Shown piece by piece: positions 9,163-20,827 of a stretch of 64,000 nt of DNA. A program made the translations under genes and the position numbers. Numbering within the stretch: position 1 is the first letter of the stretch; the number at the start of each line of letters is the position of its first letter. This stretch comes from an uncultured virus (IMG/VR IMGVR_UViG_2721755777_000003) (lineage: Duplodnaviria > Heunggongvirae > Uroviricota > Caudoviricetes): positions 1 to 64,000 of IMG/VR virus record IMGVR_UViG_2721755777_000003. One strand, given 5' to 3'. The notes beneath the pieces were generated by a model that saw only the letters and a program-made list of their open reading frames with translations, did no database searches and had not been told where the DNA came from.

Positions 9163-9780
9163 GTGATCTTTTTGTCTGTTTACAAATACAAGCCAGCGGT
9201 GGTTAAAGAAGTACTGGAATGTAAAACTGAAAGATTAACAGACTCAATTGAAGCAAGATATTGTTTATCAATAAAGCTTAACAATAATTTAGACTCTTCG
9301 TATGTGTTTATTATGTTAAATCCAAGTATTGCTGACAAAGAAGTATCCGACCTCACTATAACTAAGTTGTGTAATTTTAGCCACTCATTAAATGAAGTTG
9401 GATCCATTCATATTGTCAATCTCTATCCTTTTTACGAAACAAATTCAGCGGAATTATCCTCAATAATTCATAAGCTTCAAAAAGAGAACGGGAGCCTGTA
9501 TGAAGCTACCGTTAAGACTAATCATCAAATTATAGCCAATTTAGCCAAAGAATCTAAAAAGGTAATCTTTGCTTGGGGTGATTGTCCAAAACGTTTCGAT
9601 AAACGAAGTTTTAATAAGCAATGCCAAGATGTTAAACAACTCCTAAAAGGAATAAATAAAGACGAGGTATTTGCTATCAAAACCCACCACAACAGGCTTC
9701 TCACAGTTAAGAATTCACCAAGACATCCTTCTAGGCCAGGGCTTAAATGGCTTGAACCGTATCATGAATTAGACGCTTAA
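9163..9780 (+). CDS. DUF1643-family protein
   Basis: FIMLNPSIAD...DLT, VNLYP, FAWG and PRHP motifs. Confidence 0.75.
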   Translation: MIFLSVYKYKPAVVKEVLECKTERLTDSIEARYCLSIKLNNNLDSSYVFIMLNPSIADKEVSDLTITKLCNFSHSLNEVGSIHIVNLYPFYETNSAELSSIIHKLQKENGSLYEATVKTNHQIIANLAKESKKVIFAWGDCPKRFDKRSFNKQCQDVKQLLKGINKDEVFAIKTHHNRLLTVKNSPRHPSRPGLKWLEPYHELDA

Positions 9781-10079
9781 ACGAACCAGCCAATAATAAA
9801 GTTAACCACGAAGACAATATTACCGCAAACAAACAACATGTACACGAACTTGTTTTGTTTATTGTTTGAGTCACCGTCCAAAACATCAAGAATTTTAAAC
9901 ATTGTTAAACCGGTATAAATTAAAGAAAAAGCTGTCCAAGCTAACATTAGCACATTACCATGCGTAATCAGTCCAATAGTAGCCAAGGGGATAATGAACG
10001 AAATCCCCTTGAACAATGTCATAACATACACTAGGTTTTTATTTTTCTTCAGATCTTTATACGGTGATTTAGAAAGCAT
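9777..10079 (-). CDS. Membrane protein (start uncertain)
   Basis: Three hydrophobic segments; frame open further upstream. Confidence 0.55.
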   Translation of the reverse strand: MLSKSPYKDLKKNKNLVYVMTLFKGISFIIPLATIGLITHGNVLMLAWTAFSLIYTGLTMFKILDVLDGDSNNKQNKFVYMLFVCGNIVFVVNFIIGWFV

Positions 10080-10233
10080 ATCCGTAACTTTAGCATATAC
10101 GTTCTGCTCTCCTCGTGTAATTAGTCTAATTTCATTAATGTTTAGTGCAAATAAGTATGCTGCAAGTAATAATGTAAAGTATGTAATCCTAATGCATCTC
10201 CTTATTTTATTTTTATCCTATAAATAACTACAA

Positions 10234-10554
10234 CTAATCAAAAAGCTCGCCAGCTCTCTTCATGTCTTTAATTTCTTCACTTACACTTTCTTTGATTGTG
10301 TGAGGCAGCTGGTCAATTCCTTGTTGTATTCTTTTCTGACCTGTATTTCTTATTTGTATAGTTAATTCTTTAAAGACCTCCATTGCTTCGTCGGATATTA
10401 AATAAAACTGCTGTTGAATCTTAGCTAATAAGCTTATGTATTCTTCTTCATCTTCACTGAATAATTTTAGGCCTTGTTTAAGATTTTCTATTTCTTCTAG
10501 ATGGGCTTTTATTTTTTCTATGTGTTTATTCATGATGGCTAATCCTTTCAACAA
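10234..10554 (-). CDS. Hypothetical coiled-coil protein
   Basis: ORF; likely start at MNKHIEK. Confidence 0.55.
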   Translation of the reverse strand: MLKGLAIMNKHIEKIKAHLEEIENLKQGLKLFSEDEEEYISLLAKIQQQFYLISDEAMEVFKELTIQIRNTGQKRIQQGIDQLPHTIKESVSEEIKDMKRAGELFD

Positions 10555-10692
10555 TTTCTAAAACTTCAGGGAGCTTATCTGTTAGCTGTCTTCCCAGGTC
10601 TGTTGTTTGTTTCTGATCGAGTTTGTTCATTTTTCCTTTGCCCCTTTTTTGCTTTAATTTGATTCTGTCTCATATAATCAATGGAATTTTAT

Positions 10693-11148
10693 CTAAAACA
10701 CATAGTTGCACACAACTGGGATTGAGACTGCAGTTTTCTGCTTAGCTCTATAAAAATCATTCACCAGCTCAATGTCACCAACTACATAGCTAATGTCTTT
10801 AAGTTCTTCGATTTTTTTATCAACCGGAAAAGTGTTTGGACAGTATGTTTTTCGATTTATCAATTTAATTAGAGCTTCTTCAATGGTTTGAATTTCAAAT
10901 AACAGAGTCCCATCATGTGTGCTATTTGCAGTCAGTTTATAATCAAATTCTTCGTTAACACTTTCATCATAAGACACATGCCCAAGCTTAAGATTTTTTA
11001 AGTCTCCATGATAATCATCTAAATAACCGCTTCTTTTAAAAAAGAAGGCAATCTGTTCATTTGGATTTAAGTATTCTGTCCGTTTATTCATGTTTTTCCT
11101 CCTTATTGTTTTAGATAAAAGTCTTCTTTTATAGAGATGTTCGTTCAA
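10693..11148 (-). CDS. Hypothetical phage protein
   Basis: ORF; likely start MNKRTE after AAGGAGG. Confidence 0.55.
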   Translation of the reverse strand: MNEHLYKRRLLSKTIRRKNMNKRTEYLNPNEQIAFFFKRSGYLDDYHGDLKNLKLGHVSYDESVNEEFDYKLTANSTHDGTLLFEIQTIEEALIKLINRKTYCPNTFPVDKKIEELKDISYVVGDIELVNDFYRAKQKTAVSIPVVCNYVF

Positions 11149-11519
11149 TCGACATCCCTACATTAATGTGATAAATGTGAAAAAATAAACCCTTTGGTAT
11201 CCCTAAGTTCTTTATAAACTTCAGTCATCATAATTTCGCTTTTTTCTAAATTTTAAACTTGTACATGTTCCCTTTTCTGTCTACATGATAGCGTCCTTTT
11301 GGATAATACACATATCCATCTGCATTTACCTTATCAATTACATTAAACATGAATTCGCCATGTTTTGTATTCCCTGTCATCCACGCCTTTTTACGTAATC
11401 TTTTTTTCATCCAGCATCTCCTTTGTAGGTATAATTGTTGAATTTTTTGAGTATTTTAAGTTGTACCCTGGCTAAGACCCTCCACTGGACAAACATCATG
11501 ATCTAAGCCAGGGCTTGTA

Positions 11520-11948
11520 TTACTTAGTTCCAGTCGATCCGTGTCCACCTCGATCATCGTTGCCTAGATGATCTACCTCGATCAATTCAACTGCAGGCAT
11601 CTTCTTCATGATTCTGAACTGACAGATACGATCCCCTTTTTTAATTTCTGTATCCCGTAAGGCATAAGCCGGAAAGAACCAGAAATCATTGTCTCCCTTG
11701 TAGGACTCATCAATAACACCCATTGAGTTTGTCTCAATGATGCCAAAGTTTTTAAATGTGCTTGAACGCGGAACAACATGAGCCTCATATCCTTCTGGTA
11801 GCTCCATCGCTACTCCTAATGGAATGAGTTTAAATTCGTCCTTTTTGATTGCTACATCTTCAGCTGCTCGAAGATCAATCCAATCCCCTTGCTCAATTTT
11901 GCTAATTCTCGTTTGAGTTTCGTCTAGATATTTGATTTTAATTTTCAT
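11520..11948 (-). CDS. yosS: Trimeric dUTPase
   Basis: [30 protein letters not shown]. Confidence 0.95.
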   Translation of the reverse strand: MKIKIKYLDETQTRISKIEQGDWIDLRAAEDVAIKKDEFKLIPLGVAMELPEGYEAHVVPRSSTFKNFGIIETNSMGVIDESYKGDNDFWFFPAYALRDTEIKKGDRICQFRIMKKMPAVELIEVDHLGNDDRGGHGSTGTK

Positions 11949-12191
11949 TATTTATTAGCTCCTTTTGTTTTATTATGTGAAAAAACTATCCAAAAATTAA
12001 ATAGGCCGCCCAACATGAATATCGTTGAATAATCCTGTCAATATGCTTAATCTTACAGAAAGTTATCCAATCCATTATCAACAAAGGTATTAGAGTAATT
12101 AAAAAAATTAACAGCAGTATGTACTTCCACCATGAAATCTCGTTAATATTCCAACCGAATATGGTTAGCCCTCCCCTAAGGAAATTTTTTA

Positions 12192-12428
12192 TTATAATCC
12201 CTTTAGTAGTTCATCAAGTTCTTCAGGCTTAAATCCAACACTACGCTTTACTTCTTCTTGCTCATTAAGCAGTATAGTTACCGGTACACCCATTACCTCA
12301 AATTGCGCTGCCACTTCTGGCTTCTGTGTAACATCAACTGTCTCATATTCAACTCCTGCATTATTTAAATAATTGGATACCATTTTGCAGGGATTACAAT
12401 TCGGTTGCTCTAATTTAATTAATCTCAT
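12192..12428 (-). CDS. yosR: Thioredoxin/NrdH-like protein
   Basis: CNPC active site; GVPVT. Confidence 0.9.
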   Translation of the reverse strand: MRLIKLEQPNCNPCKMVSNYLNNAGVEYETVDVTQKPEVAAQFEVMGVPVTILLNEQEEVKRSVGFKPEELDELLKGL

Positions 12429-13148
12429 TTAAATCGCCTCTCTTTTATATTTGAATTTCCATCCTTTATGTGTTTTAGCCCTTCCAGATAAACACCGCAT
12501 AATACCTTGTTTAATTAATCCATGGTCTCTTGCAAACTCCCTAATTCCTTTAGCTTCAATCAAAACTCCTTCAGGAGATAATGCGAATATTTCTTTTTTT
12601 ATATTTTCTAAGTCTCTATAATTGTTGTTTTCTTTCTTAGTTAAGAAGCAACATGTTACAAGTGAGTATTTCCTTTTATTTATTGGCACATTTATTTGAA
12701 TTTTATCTTTATCCAAATGAATCTTTCCTTGAGAAAACAGGATCTCATCATACCCTTTGATTAAAGGGAGATCCTCTAAAAAATTCTCGAAGCAATGCCA
12801 CCTTCTTTCCACAGTCACTCCTTTGGCACCGTATCTTTCATAACCACATCCCCTTGGATGATAGCAACGCTCAAGCATTCCACTCCAAACACTGTACTCC
12901 TTTTTATGATCAGTCATTTTCACATTGCCCATGTACCCTACTCCGAATACAGACTTCTCAAACTTATCTTTTATCTTCCCGCGTTTCATTTCAACTTTTT
13001 CAACAACTCTTCCATACCCAGTTTTAAGAAAACGAATTCTATATTTATATCTGTTCATTTCTCTAAAAACTTGAACCACTTTGTACTTTTGGTTTGCGTT
13101 ATTCACATAAACTTTACCGACAAGACTGTCTTTTTTAAGGTTAATCAA
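12429..13148 (-). CDS. Free-standing HNH-type homing endonuclease with NUMOD1-like tail
   Basis: [21 protein letters not shown]...ENN; C-terminal [16 protein letters not shown]. Confidence 0.75.
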   Translation of the reverse strand: MINLKKDSLVGKVYVNNANQKYKVVQVFREMNRYKYRIRFLKTGYGRVVEKVEMKRGKIKDKFEKSVFGVGYMGNVKMTDHKKEYSVWSGMLERCYHPRGCGYERYGAKGVTVERRWHCFENFLEDLPLIKGYDEILFSQGKIHLDKDKIQINVPINKRKYSLVTCCFLTKKENNNYRDLENIKKEIFALSPEGVLIEAKGIREFARDHGLIKQGIMRCLSGRAKTHKGWKFKYKREAI

Positions 13149-14935
13149 ATATAAAATCCGTGTCCCTTAATGATTCTACTGTTGCTTTTTTATAGCCAAC
13201 GCCCTTCATTGAAAAGAAGTCATGCGACTTAGTTTTAGTACTCAATCCATTAATAACGATTGGATTAACATCCTCTTCTTCAAACCAATGATCAAAGCCC
13301 AGATTGTTTAATGCTTTATTTGCGTTGTATCTGATGAATTTCTTTACATCTGGAGCTAAACCAACCTGATCATAAACATCTTCTGTATACTCTAATTCAT
13401 TTTCATAAAGCTCTTGGAGCAAACTTAAAGCCCATTCATACATTTCTTTTTGCTTCTGAGGCGTTTGTTTCTTATATATCTCTTGAGCTAATAAACCGAT
13501 GTATACGCCGTGTAGCGCCTCGTCTCTAATACCTTTAGTTCAACCGAGTTCGCTACTCTCGGCTCGTTGCCCTGTCGCAACCGCCTTACGTTACCGTAAG
13601 GAGCAGACTATATCATCATCCCTGTAGGATGCCTCCCGTTTCGATTTAAGGGGTTCTCACCCACGCCAATAGCTTGCGCCCTACTCGTTTTGCGGAATTT
13701 CGCCGCCTATGCGATAGTCGTTGAACGTTCTATGCGATCCCATAAAGTCTTCCATCTTCTTTTATGTCGAATCAGACTAACGTAACGGGGATGAAGGCTG
13801 TATTTTTCACCAGCTTCAACATTGTTCATTCCAGCAAGCAAATCATAGATTAAATTTGTTGCCTCTGAGTCTGTGAGTTTTGACATTGAATTACTTTCTC
13901 CAGGTTGTCCTGACATTAATCCAATTTTCATTGCATGTAGAGTATTTTCTTTAGGTGTAACTATCTCTAAGTTCCGAACGTGATTGTTTAGTTTATTTCC
14001 ATCTATGTGGTTTACAAACATTCCTTTTGGTATTTCATGAATAAAATATTTTGCGACTAACCTATGTACTAAAAAGTTCTGTGTTCCTTTATTCGGATGC
14101 GTGTATCCTATCATTTCATAGCCATGTGGAGTAATAAATGTCTTTCTTGGTTTCTTTAATTTTTTTGATATGATAACTCCCGTTTCCGTTATCCACCAAG
14201 GTGCTTCTTCGACTTCTTTCCTTATCATTTTCACCTCCTTTGGGTTCGCATAGCTTCGCTGCTGATTGTCCTAAAAAGGATTTTCCAGCAATTAGAGAGG
14301 TTCACATTTGCCGTTGCCGACAAAAGGGACTATTAAATAATCAGGTTAATAATCTCTCCACTCTGCATGAGCTTCCCTTGTCCATAAAAGTAAAGTGGAT
14401 AATAAAACCCTGAATAGAAAAGGAAACTCTCTAGAAACACAGATGCAACCATTGCTTTAAATAAGGAGATATCATCGTTTTTCTGAACTGCTTTATAAAT
14501 TAAAACAATTGTTCTAGCCTTCTTTTGAAGAAACCTATTGTTTTTCACCCATTCGAAGACTTCATTGATCTTCTCGGTTGGAGCCAAAGTTAGAAATATG
14601 TTGCTGTAGGATTTTGCGTGCACCGCGTTTTCCATCATCGCCATGAAATTAAGAACCGCTTTTCGCTGATGGCCTTCAACGTGCTCGGCCACAATCGGCA
14701 TGCCTGTGTTCCCCTGCTCTGTATCAAGCAGTGTCAGGCCGGCGAGCACCTTCATGTACGTATCCTGCTCATTTTTACCCAAATACTTCCAAGTAAGAAG
14801 ATCGCCGTTTAATGCGATCTCTTCCGGAAGCCAAAACTGCTTTACGTTTTGGTTGTAAAACATTTGGGTGAAATCATCTTCATGCTTTGACCAGTTTGCT
14901 GCAGTATACTGCTTGTTTTTCTTTAGTTGTGACAA
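13141..14935 (-). CDS. nrdF: Class Ib ribonucleotide reductase beta subunit, spliced (exons 14935-14340 and 13531-13141; 328 aa)
   Basis: Joining the exons restores [15 protein letters not shown]; total 987 nt in frame. Confidence 0.93.
13532..14339 (-). mobile_element. Group I intron in nrdF (808 nt) carrying a homing endonuclease
   Basis: Exon ends in U with P1 GAU/GUC pairing; terminal G; P7 elements GACTA and GATATAGTC. Confidence 0.9.
13707..14234 (-). CDS. yosQ: Intron-encoded HNH homing endonuclease
   Basis: VHRLVA...[17 protein letters not shown]. Confidence 0.9.
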   Translation of the reverse strand: MKMIRKEVEEAPWWITETGVIISKKLKKPRKTFITPHGYEMIGYTHPNKGTQNFLVHRLVAKYFIHEIPKGMFVNHIDGNKLNNHVRNLEIVTPKENTLHAMKIGLMSGQPGESNSMSKLTDSEATNLIYDLLAGMNNVEAGEKYSLHPRYVSLIRHKRRWKTLWDRIERSTTIA

Positions 14936-15051
14936 AAATGTGACCTCCTAGATATATTTCCTCCCTTAACACTTGTAAAATGAAGGAAATATTTTATAAA
15001 TGTTGTAAGTCTTATAATGCAACATATTCACTATTAAGGGAGGAATAAAAA

Positions 15052-15486
15052 ATGAAAAAGAAACTGATTATTGGTGCTTTAGTTTTAGGGCTAATACCTA
15101 CTATTGGTAGTACTGCTGCTTCAGCTAAGCCGCTTCAAAATCCTGTGAAAGTCATAAATCCTTTAGCAGATGATAGGTGTAAAGGCGGTGGCACTCTAAT
15201 TTGTGAAACTGGTATATTTTCAGCTAAAGGAACCTTTTATTTCGATTATTATGGAAGTGAAGACGACCAAATCAGAATTTACATTGCGAATGATGGAGCC
15301 TACCCTTTTGAGTACAGAATTACGAACCCTGACGGCAAGAGAATAGCAGACGGTATTACAGTGAAACCAGGAAAGTTCAAAGAAACAACCTTTTACGTAA
15401 AAGATATAGAAGGTTCTTATAAAGTCCGTGTAACAAATGATGACGGTGAAGATATTAAGGCTTTTGTTAAAGCAAGGGGACTTTAA
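15052..15486 (+). CDS. Secreted protein inserted antisense between nrdE and nrdF
   Basis: Signal peptide ending ASA; RBS AAGGGAGG; terminator at about 15498-15526. Confidence 0.75.
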   Translation: MKKKLIIGALVLGLIPTIGSTAASAKPLQNPVKVINPLADDRCKGGGTLICETGIFSAKGTFYFDYYGSEDDQIRIYIANDGAYPFEYRITNPDGKRIADGITVKPGKFKETTFYVKDIEGSYKVRVTNDDGEDIKAFVKARGL

Positions 15487-15528
15487 TTAAAAACCCAGGG
15501 GTCAGACAGAGACTGACTCCTTTTTTGT

Positions 15529-17908
15529 TTAAACAACACATGACAAGCAACCTTCCTGCCCAGTATCCTTCGTTCGAGCATAATACAGCGTTTTAATTCC
15601 TTTGTGATGCGCGTATAAGTCAATCCGGTTTAGATCGCGCGTCGTCATCGTATCCTTTAAGAAAAGTGTAAATGAAATCCCTTGATCGACGTGCTGCTGT
15701 ATAGTTGCAATAAGATCAACTACCTTAAACATATCCATGTCGTATGCTTCCTTATAAAAGAACCAGTTCTGAGCCGATAAACCTGGCATCGGATAATATG
15801 TCTTACTGTTTCCGTATGTACGTTCCTCGATTCTCTCCATAATAGGCATTACACCGGCCGTAGATGATTGAACGTATGAGATGCTTCCTGTAGGTGCAAT
15901 AGCCTGCCTATACGAATGATACAAGCCATATTTCATAACATCCTCTTTAAGCTTCATCCAATCTTCAATGTTAGGAATATGTTGATCTCCAAACAGGTTT
16001 TTAACCTTTTCATATTTAGGGCTATAATCATTTGTCACGTACTTATCAAAATACTTACCTGATTTGTAGGTCGACCCATCAAACTTGTAGTACGTCTCCC
16101 CTGTTTCTCGTGCAATTTCCATTGAACGCTGCAGGGAGTAGAAGTTAACCATCATAAAATATGTATTTGCAAAATCCTTAGCTTCTTCACTTTCATAAGC
16201 GATTTTATTTTGAGCTAGAAAACCATGCAGGTTCATCTGCCCTAGACCAATTGATCGCATTAGTATATTTGCTCTCGCAACAGCTGGGGCATTAACAATG
16301 TTTGTTTTTCTTGTAACAGTTGTCAATGAGTCAATTGCTATTCTAACCGTTGAAGCAATTGATCGATTATTCATTACATTTACAATGTTCATGGATCCAA
16401 GATTACATGAAATATCTAATCCAATTTCATCTTCCTGATCGTAATCTGTATAGACTGACACTTGTGATGCTTGGAGCACCTCTGACTTTAATATTCAACG
16501 AAAGGCGCAACACTCTCGTCCGTTCTCTTATGAACTGCTTACGATCACTCGTAAGAATAGACTATATCATCGACCTATAAGGCCGCCCGCCGTTTCCATC
16601 GCCATATGCTTGCGATGTACTCTACTTCCTTACGCTAGTGCGTGGTTTCGATAGTCGTTCGGCATTTCCGCAAGATGCGGTTTAGCACGGTATTGTCTAT
16701 TGAATAGAGTTTCACCGTTTAGACGGGTTTGCTACGATCATTACTGACCGAAGGTGCTACAGTTAACACAAATTAGAAAACTTCACTTTTGAAATATGTT
16801 CATTTGGATGCACTGTATTTACATTGTCAGCAAACATGATATAAGGATAGCCAGATTCACTTCTTAGAATGGCCAATTGCTCCAACAGCTTTCGAGCATT
16901 CCCCTTTGTTTTCCTAACTTTAGGGTTTTCAACAAGCTCATCATACATTTTATTAATGTCCATCTCATCAAGATACTGCCCATATTCTTTGTAAACTGAA
17001 TGAGGATAGAACATGTAAAAATCCTTATCTTCCCTTGCCAATTCAATGAATTTATCAGGAAGAACTACACCAATAGACAGTGTTTTAACTCGGACATCTT
17101 CATCAGCACTTATTTTTTTGGTATCCAGGAAGTCTGTGATGTCTGGATGGAATACACTTAGATAAACTGCTCCTGACCCTTGTCTTTGTCCCATCTGATC
17201 TGCATACCTAAAAGCATTATCAAGAAGTTTCATCACGCCTACGACACCTTTTGTTACATTTTCCACATCTTTAATGGCTTCGCCTTTGGCTCTTAATTTA
17301 TTTAAGTTTAATGCTACGCCACCGCCTAACTTAGACAGTTGCATTGAAATATCAATAGCACGTGAAATATCATTCAAACTGTCACCTACTTCAAGTAGGA
17401 AGCAACTGACCATTTCACCCCTTCGCTTACGACCTGCATTAATGAAAGACGGCGTAGCTGGTTGATACTCTTGTTTCATCATAGTACGCACATTCTTAAC
17501 CGCTTTCTCATAGTCTCCACCTGCGAAAAATAAAGCTACAATTGAGACACGATCCTCGTATCTCTCCAGGATCTTTGTTTTGTCGTTTGTCTTCAATGCA
17601 TAGTCATTGTAGAACTTAAAGGCACTCATGAAAGATGGGAATCTGAATTTGTAACTGTAAGCAAGTTTAAAAATCGTTTTAATCTGCTCAAATGTATATT
17701 CGCTTAAGAATTCTTCTTCGTAATAATCATTTTTAATCAGATAATCCAGTTTCTCTTTTAAGTCATGGAAAAAGGCTGTGTTTTGATTAATGTAATCAAC
17801 AAAGTAACTGTGTACGGCCTCCTTATCCTTCTCAAATTTAAACTTACCGTCTTTCTGAATCATGATCTCATTATTGAGCTTGATCCACTTTGGTATTGTG
17901 TTTGTCAA
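15529..17908 (-). CDS. nrdE: Class Ib ribonucleotide reductase alpha subunit, spliced (exons 17908-16766 and 16485-15529; 699 aa; no intein)
   Basis: TTG start after AGGAGG; splice restores catalytic SNLCSE; C-terminal CLSCVV. Confidence 0.93.
16486..16765 (-). mobile_element. Group I intron in nrdE (280 nt, no ORF)
   Basis: Exon GUGU pairs with IGS GCAC; AGCACCU is complementary to exon 2 AGGUGCU; P7 GACTA/GATATAGTC; terminal G. Confidence 0.9.
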
Positions 17909-18266
17909 TAAGTTGTACCTCCTGAGTAATCTTCTGCAAATCTTGTTTTGTTCCACTTAGTTCAAACTTTAATAACAATGGTACGTGGAACATTGCTGAG
18001 AGCTTGTCCCCAGCTAAACCATAGTTATCACCCCAAACTCTGTTACCACTTACAGCAACCCCTTTTATTTTATTTTTATTCTTAATAATAAAATTCAAAG
18101 TCCTTTCAGGTATTTCCCCAAAGCCTATCGTATATGTAATATGTATGAATTCTTCTTCCACAATTAAACCATCTGTAATTTCAATGACATCGAAGCTTAA
18201 CTCCCTTTGTAAAGCTTGAGCAAACCTTTTCACATTACCTGTCTTGCTTTCATATGTAATAATCAA
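17871..18266 (-). CDS. nrdI: NrdI flavodoxin
   Basis: YESKTGNVKRF, TYTIGFG, SGNRVWG, KFELSG. Confidence 0.95.
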   Translation of the reverse strand: MIITYESKTGNVKRFAQALQRELSFDVIEITDGLIVEEEFIHITYTIGFGEIPERTLNFIIKNKNKIKGVAVSGNRVWGDNYGLAGDKLSAMFHVPLLLKFELSGTKQDLQKITQEVQLIDKHNTKVDQAQ

Positions 18267-18613
18267 TACTCTTTATATTCCCCGTTAACTAAGCTGTTCG
18301 TGGTTGTTTCTGCTTCATTTTCAGCATGATGGAATGCTTCAGACATTTCTAAAATGATCTCGGCCATTTCAGCATAGCCTTTGGCCATTTGAGCTTCATA
18401 ATCTGATAGCTCTGTCATTGGTACTGGAATGTAGTTATCCTTCTGCTCTTGTGTGATAACCATTTGATCCCCTTCAAGATTGGTCGCAATCAGCTCTCCT
18501 TTTAAAGCAGTGTATGAGCCACCATTTTTCATATGTACTTGCGTATTTTCTTTTGCTTCATCCAAGGTTACAAAGTGACTGCGCTTAACGTATAACTGTT
18601 TAGCAGCTCCCAT
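18263..18613 (-). CDS. yosL: YosL-like protein with MazE-mimic C-terminus
   Basis: MAKGYAEMAEIILEMSEAFHHAENEAE resembles the B. subtilis MazE C-terminus; lies upstream of nrdI. Confidence 0.8.
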   Translation of the reverse strand: MGAAKQLYVKRSHFVTLDEAKENTQVHMKNGGSYTALKGELIATNLEGDQMVITQEQKDNYIPVPMTELSDYEAQMAKGYAEMAEIILEMSEAFHHAENEAETTTNSLVNGEYKEY

Positions 18614-18815
18614 TCCACAACTCCCTTTTCTCTATTTTTTGTTTTTATCTTTTTCGTGTCTTACGTCCAACTCATCCATATCATTGAGAATATGGTTAAT
18701 AACAACATCACTGAACTTACCAAATGCCTTATACCCAATTAACTTGCTTCTCAAATCTCTCCACTTTCTTGCTGCACTCATTTTGCTTCCCCTTCCTTTG
18801 AAACTGTGATTTTAT

Positions 18816-19157
18816 TTAAACTAAAACCAAAACATTGTTTTTAATGTACTTGTCTATTTCTGATTTTGTATAAGTAAGAGTACTGTCGGTTGTAGTGTCA
18901 GTTATTTCGAATTGTTCAGTATTATGATTCATTCTTGCTGTGTATACAGTATTGCTGACTACAGCAATAGCTTCTTCTGATAGCTTAAATTTAAATTCGT
19001 TTAAATCAGCTACTTCATCAATCTCTCTTACCTCATGCGGTACTCCGCTTTCTTCTTGAGCGTACATAGCATCTTTATGAGCCTCAATAGCATCATCATA
19101 AGTGCCAACAAGTGTTCCCATGCAATAAAGTCCGTGTTTTTTATTCATTGTCATCAT
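18816..19157 (-). CDS. Hypothetical phage protein
   Basis: ORF in operon. Confidence 0.55.
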   Translation of the reverse strand: MMTMNKKHGLYCMGTLVGTYDDAIEAHKDAMYAQEESGVPHEVREIDEVADLNEFKFKLSEEAIAVVSNTVYTARMNHNTEQFEITDTTTDSTLTYTKSEIDKYIKNNVLVLV

Positions 19158-19161
19158 CCTT

Positions 19162-19536
19162 TTAATTTATTTTTGTGAACCTCTTAATCTCTTTACCTTC
19201 AACAGCCACATTTCCAAAGAACATTTCTTTAGGTCTTGCCCAAAGTAATCCGTCTTGGTCTTCATATGTAACCAGCTTTTCTTCTGTTTCAGTGTGAATG
19301 ACCTCTCCAATAACCTTATACAGACCGCCTTTATAATGTCTAAACCAGCAACCAGCTACTTCGTATGTATCCTTCAAAGCATTCAACAACTTCTGTGCAT
19401 CTTGAGCACTTTTTGAACTGCTGTCATATTTGCTGAGATGTAAAACCGCTTCCTGCATTTTCAAATTCACTTTGTTCATCCTTCCCGGTTCCTCGAAGTA
19501 CATTAATTCTATTCTCCATTTCTCTAAGCTCTTCAA
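19162..19536 (-). CDS. DUF1653-domain protein
   Basis: RHYKGGLYKV...HTETEEKLVTY...WARPKEMF. Confidence 0.8.
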   Translation of the reverse strand: MKSLEKWRIELMYFEEPGRMNKVNLKMQEAVLHLSKYDSSSKSAQDAQKLLNALKDTYEVAGCWFRHYKGGLYKVIGEVIHTETEEKLVTYEDQDGLLWARPKEMFFGNVAVEGKEIKRFTKIN

Positions 19537-19751
19537 GCTTCACTTTTGCATTTTCATATTCCCACTCTGGATAATACAAAGATTCCAGCTCCAAAATTCT
19601 TCTCTTGAGTAGATTGAGAACTTCTGATAATGCCTTATCCATTCCAATTTCCTCAGCAGTTGTGTTTGAATTTATCAGAGCTTCTCGAATACGTTGAGAC
19701 TGCCTTTGACTTATACTAATGTCTAATCAACTCCTTAAAATCATCCTATTA

Positions 19752-20069
19752 TTAAAAACTTATAAACTTGACCTTTGGGACATAAACTTCAAACTCTAAT
19801 TTCGAAAATGCATTTGTGCTTAGGTCTTTAACAAATCCAACATCGATGGATTTTTCTTCTTTGTTAGTTGCTATTCTTAATACATATTTATGATCCTTTT
19901 TTAAAAGTGGGCAATTCCCTAACCCTAATATTTGCTTAGTTTCAAGAAAGATGCTTTCTCCTTCTTCAGTCAACTTTGCATCTTTAATGTCAAAAATAAC
20001 TTTTTCTTCATCTGGCAAATAGTCATTTTCCTGTAAGTAAGATAATCTAATATTTTTAATCTTCATCAT
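19752..20069 (-). CDS. Hypothetical phage protein
   Basis: ORF with RBS. Confidence 0.55.
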   Translation of the reverse strand: MMKIKNIRLSYLQENDYLPDEEKVIFDIKDAKLTEEGESIFLETKQILGLGNCPLLKKDHKYVLRIATNKEEKSIDVGFVKDLSTNAFSKLEFEVYVPKVKFISF

Positions 20070-20114
20070 TTAAGTTTCTCTCCTTTTTGTCTATAAAATA
20101 AAACTTTTAATCAG

Positions 20115-20453
20115 TTACGCGTTCAGAACCCCGCTCCATTCATTGAATTCCCTAACGTCATCGTTCTTTCTCTTTTTTGTTGTTTGTTCTGATTCGACAT
20201 GACTAATAATTCGCTTAACTTTATCAACTAGCGTCAATCGTTTTAAGGGATAAGGAACATGTGATAAAGGCATTCCATTTCCTGCAGCCAGTGTACTTTT
20301 TGTAACAATATCCTTAACCTCCCATTCTAAAATGTCCCACCCTATCCCTGTTCCTTCTTCAGCAATTAATTTAATTTCATATGTACTTCTAGCCGTTGCA
20401 ATCCTCTTTGTTAATTCCATAACATCACCCTCCATGTATTTAAGTTCATGCAA
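20115..20453 (-). CDS. Hypothetical phage protein
   Basis: ORF with RBS. Confidence 0.55.
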   Translation of the reverse strand: MHELKYMEGDVMELTKRIATARSTYEIKLIAEEGTGIGWDILEWEVKDIVTKSTLAAGNGMPLSHVPYPLKRLTLVDKVKRIISHVESEQTTKKRKNDDVREFNEWSGVLNA

Positions 20454-20465
20454 ATTCCTCCTTCG

Positions 20466-20813
20466 TTAAATAAACAATGTGCTGACATACAGAACAATCA
20501 ATGCAAAAGCTGAATGAAGTAAAGACTTACCGGCTTTCTTGAAAATGTTCTCATCTTTTTCCTGATCTGATCGTTTTATACCTTTGACAAATACGTTGAG
20601 TAAAACACCAATAACAAATGCATGAGGTAAAGTGACATGGACATTTTGAATGTTGTATGTATCAATTAGCAAAGGATTTAACACGTGATTCAATCCATAA
20701 TAGACAACTAGTGACATAGTCAATGCTTCAACAAAAATGAGTAACCCAACTACAATCAGAGAACCTGATCCGGTAAAGAAACCGTTCCAAATATCTTTTG
20801 TATCCTTATTCAA
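20466..20813 (-). CDS. Membrane protein
   Basis: Three hydrophobic segments; RBS AAGGAG. Confidence 0.65.
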   Translation of the reverse strand: MNKDTKDIWNGFFTGSGSLIVVGLLIFVEALTMSLVVYYGLNHVLNPLLIDTYNIQNVHVTLPHAFVIGVLLNVFVKGIKRSDQEKDENIFKKAGKSLLHSAFALIVLYVSTLFI

Positions 20814-20827
20814 TAAATATCTCTCCT

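Noticed and set aside
11950..12180. Hydrophobic mini-ORF as a type I toxin
   Set aside because: Begins with ATA after the RBS and appears broken; no antisense RNA evidence; probably a decayed membrane gene.
13141..17956. nrdE/nrdF fragments as pseudogenes, or an intein in nrdE
   Set aside because: Group I intron splicing restores full-length frames with no extra protein segment.
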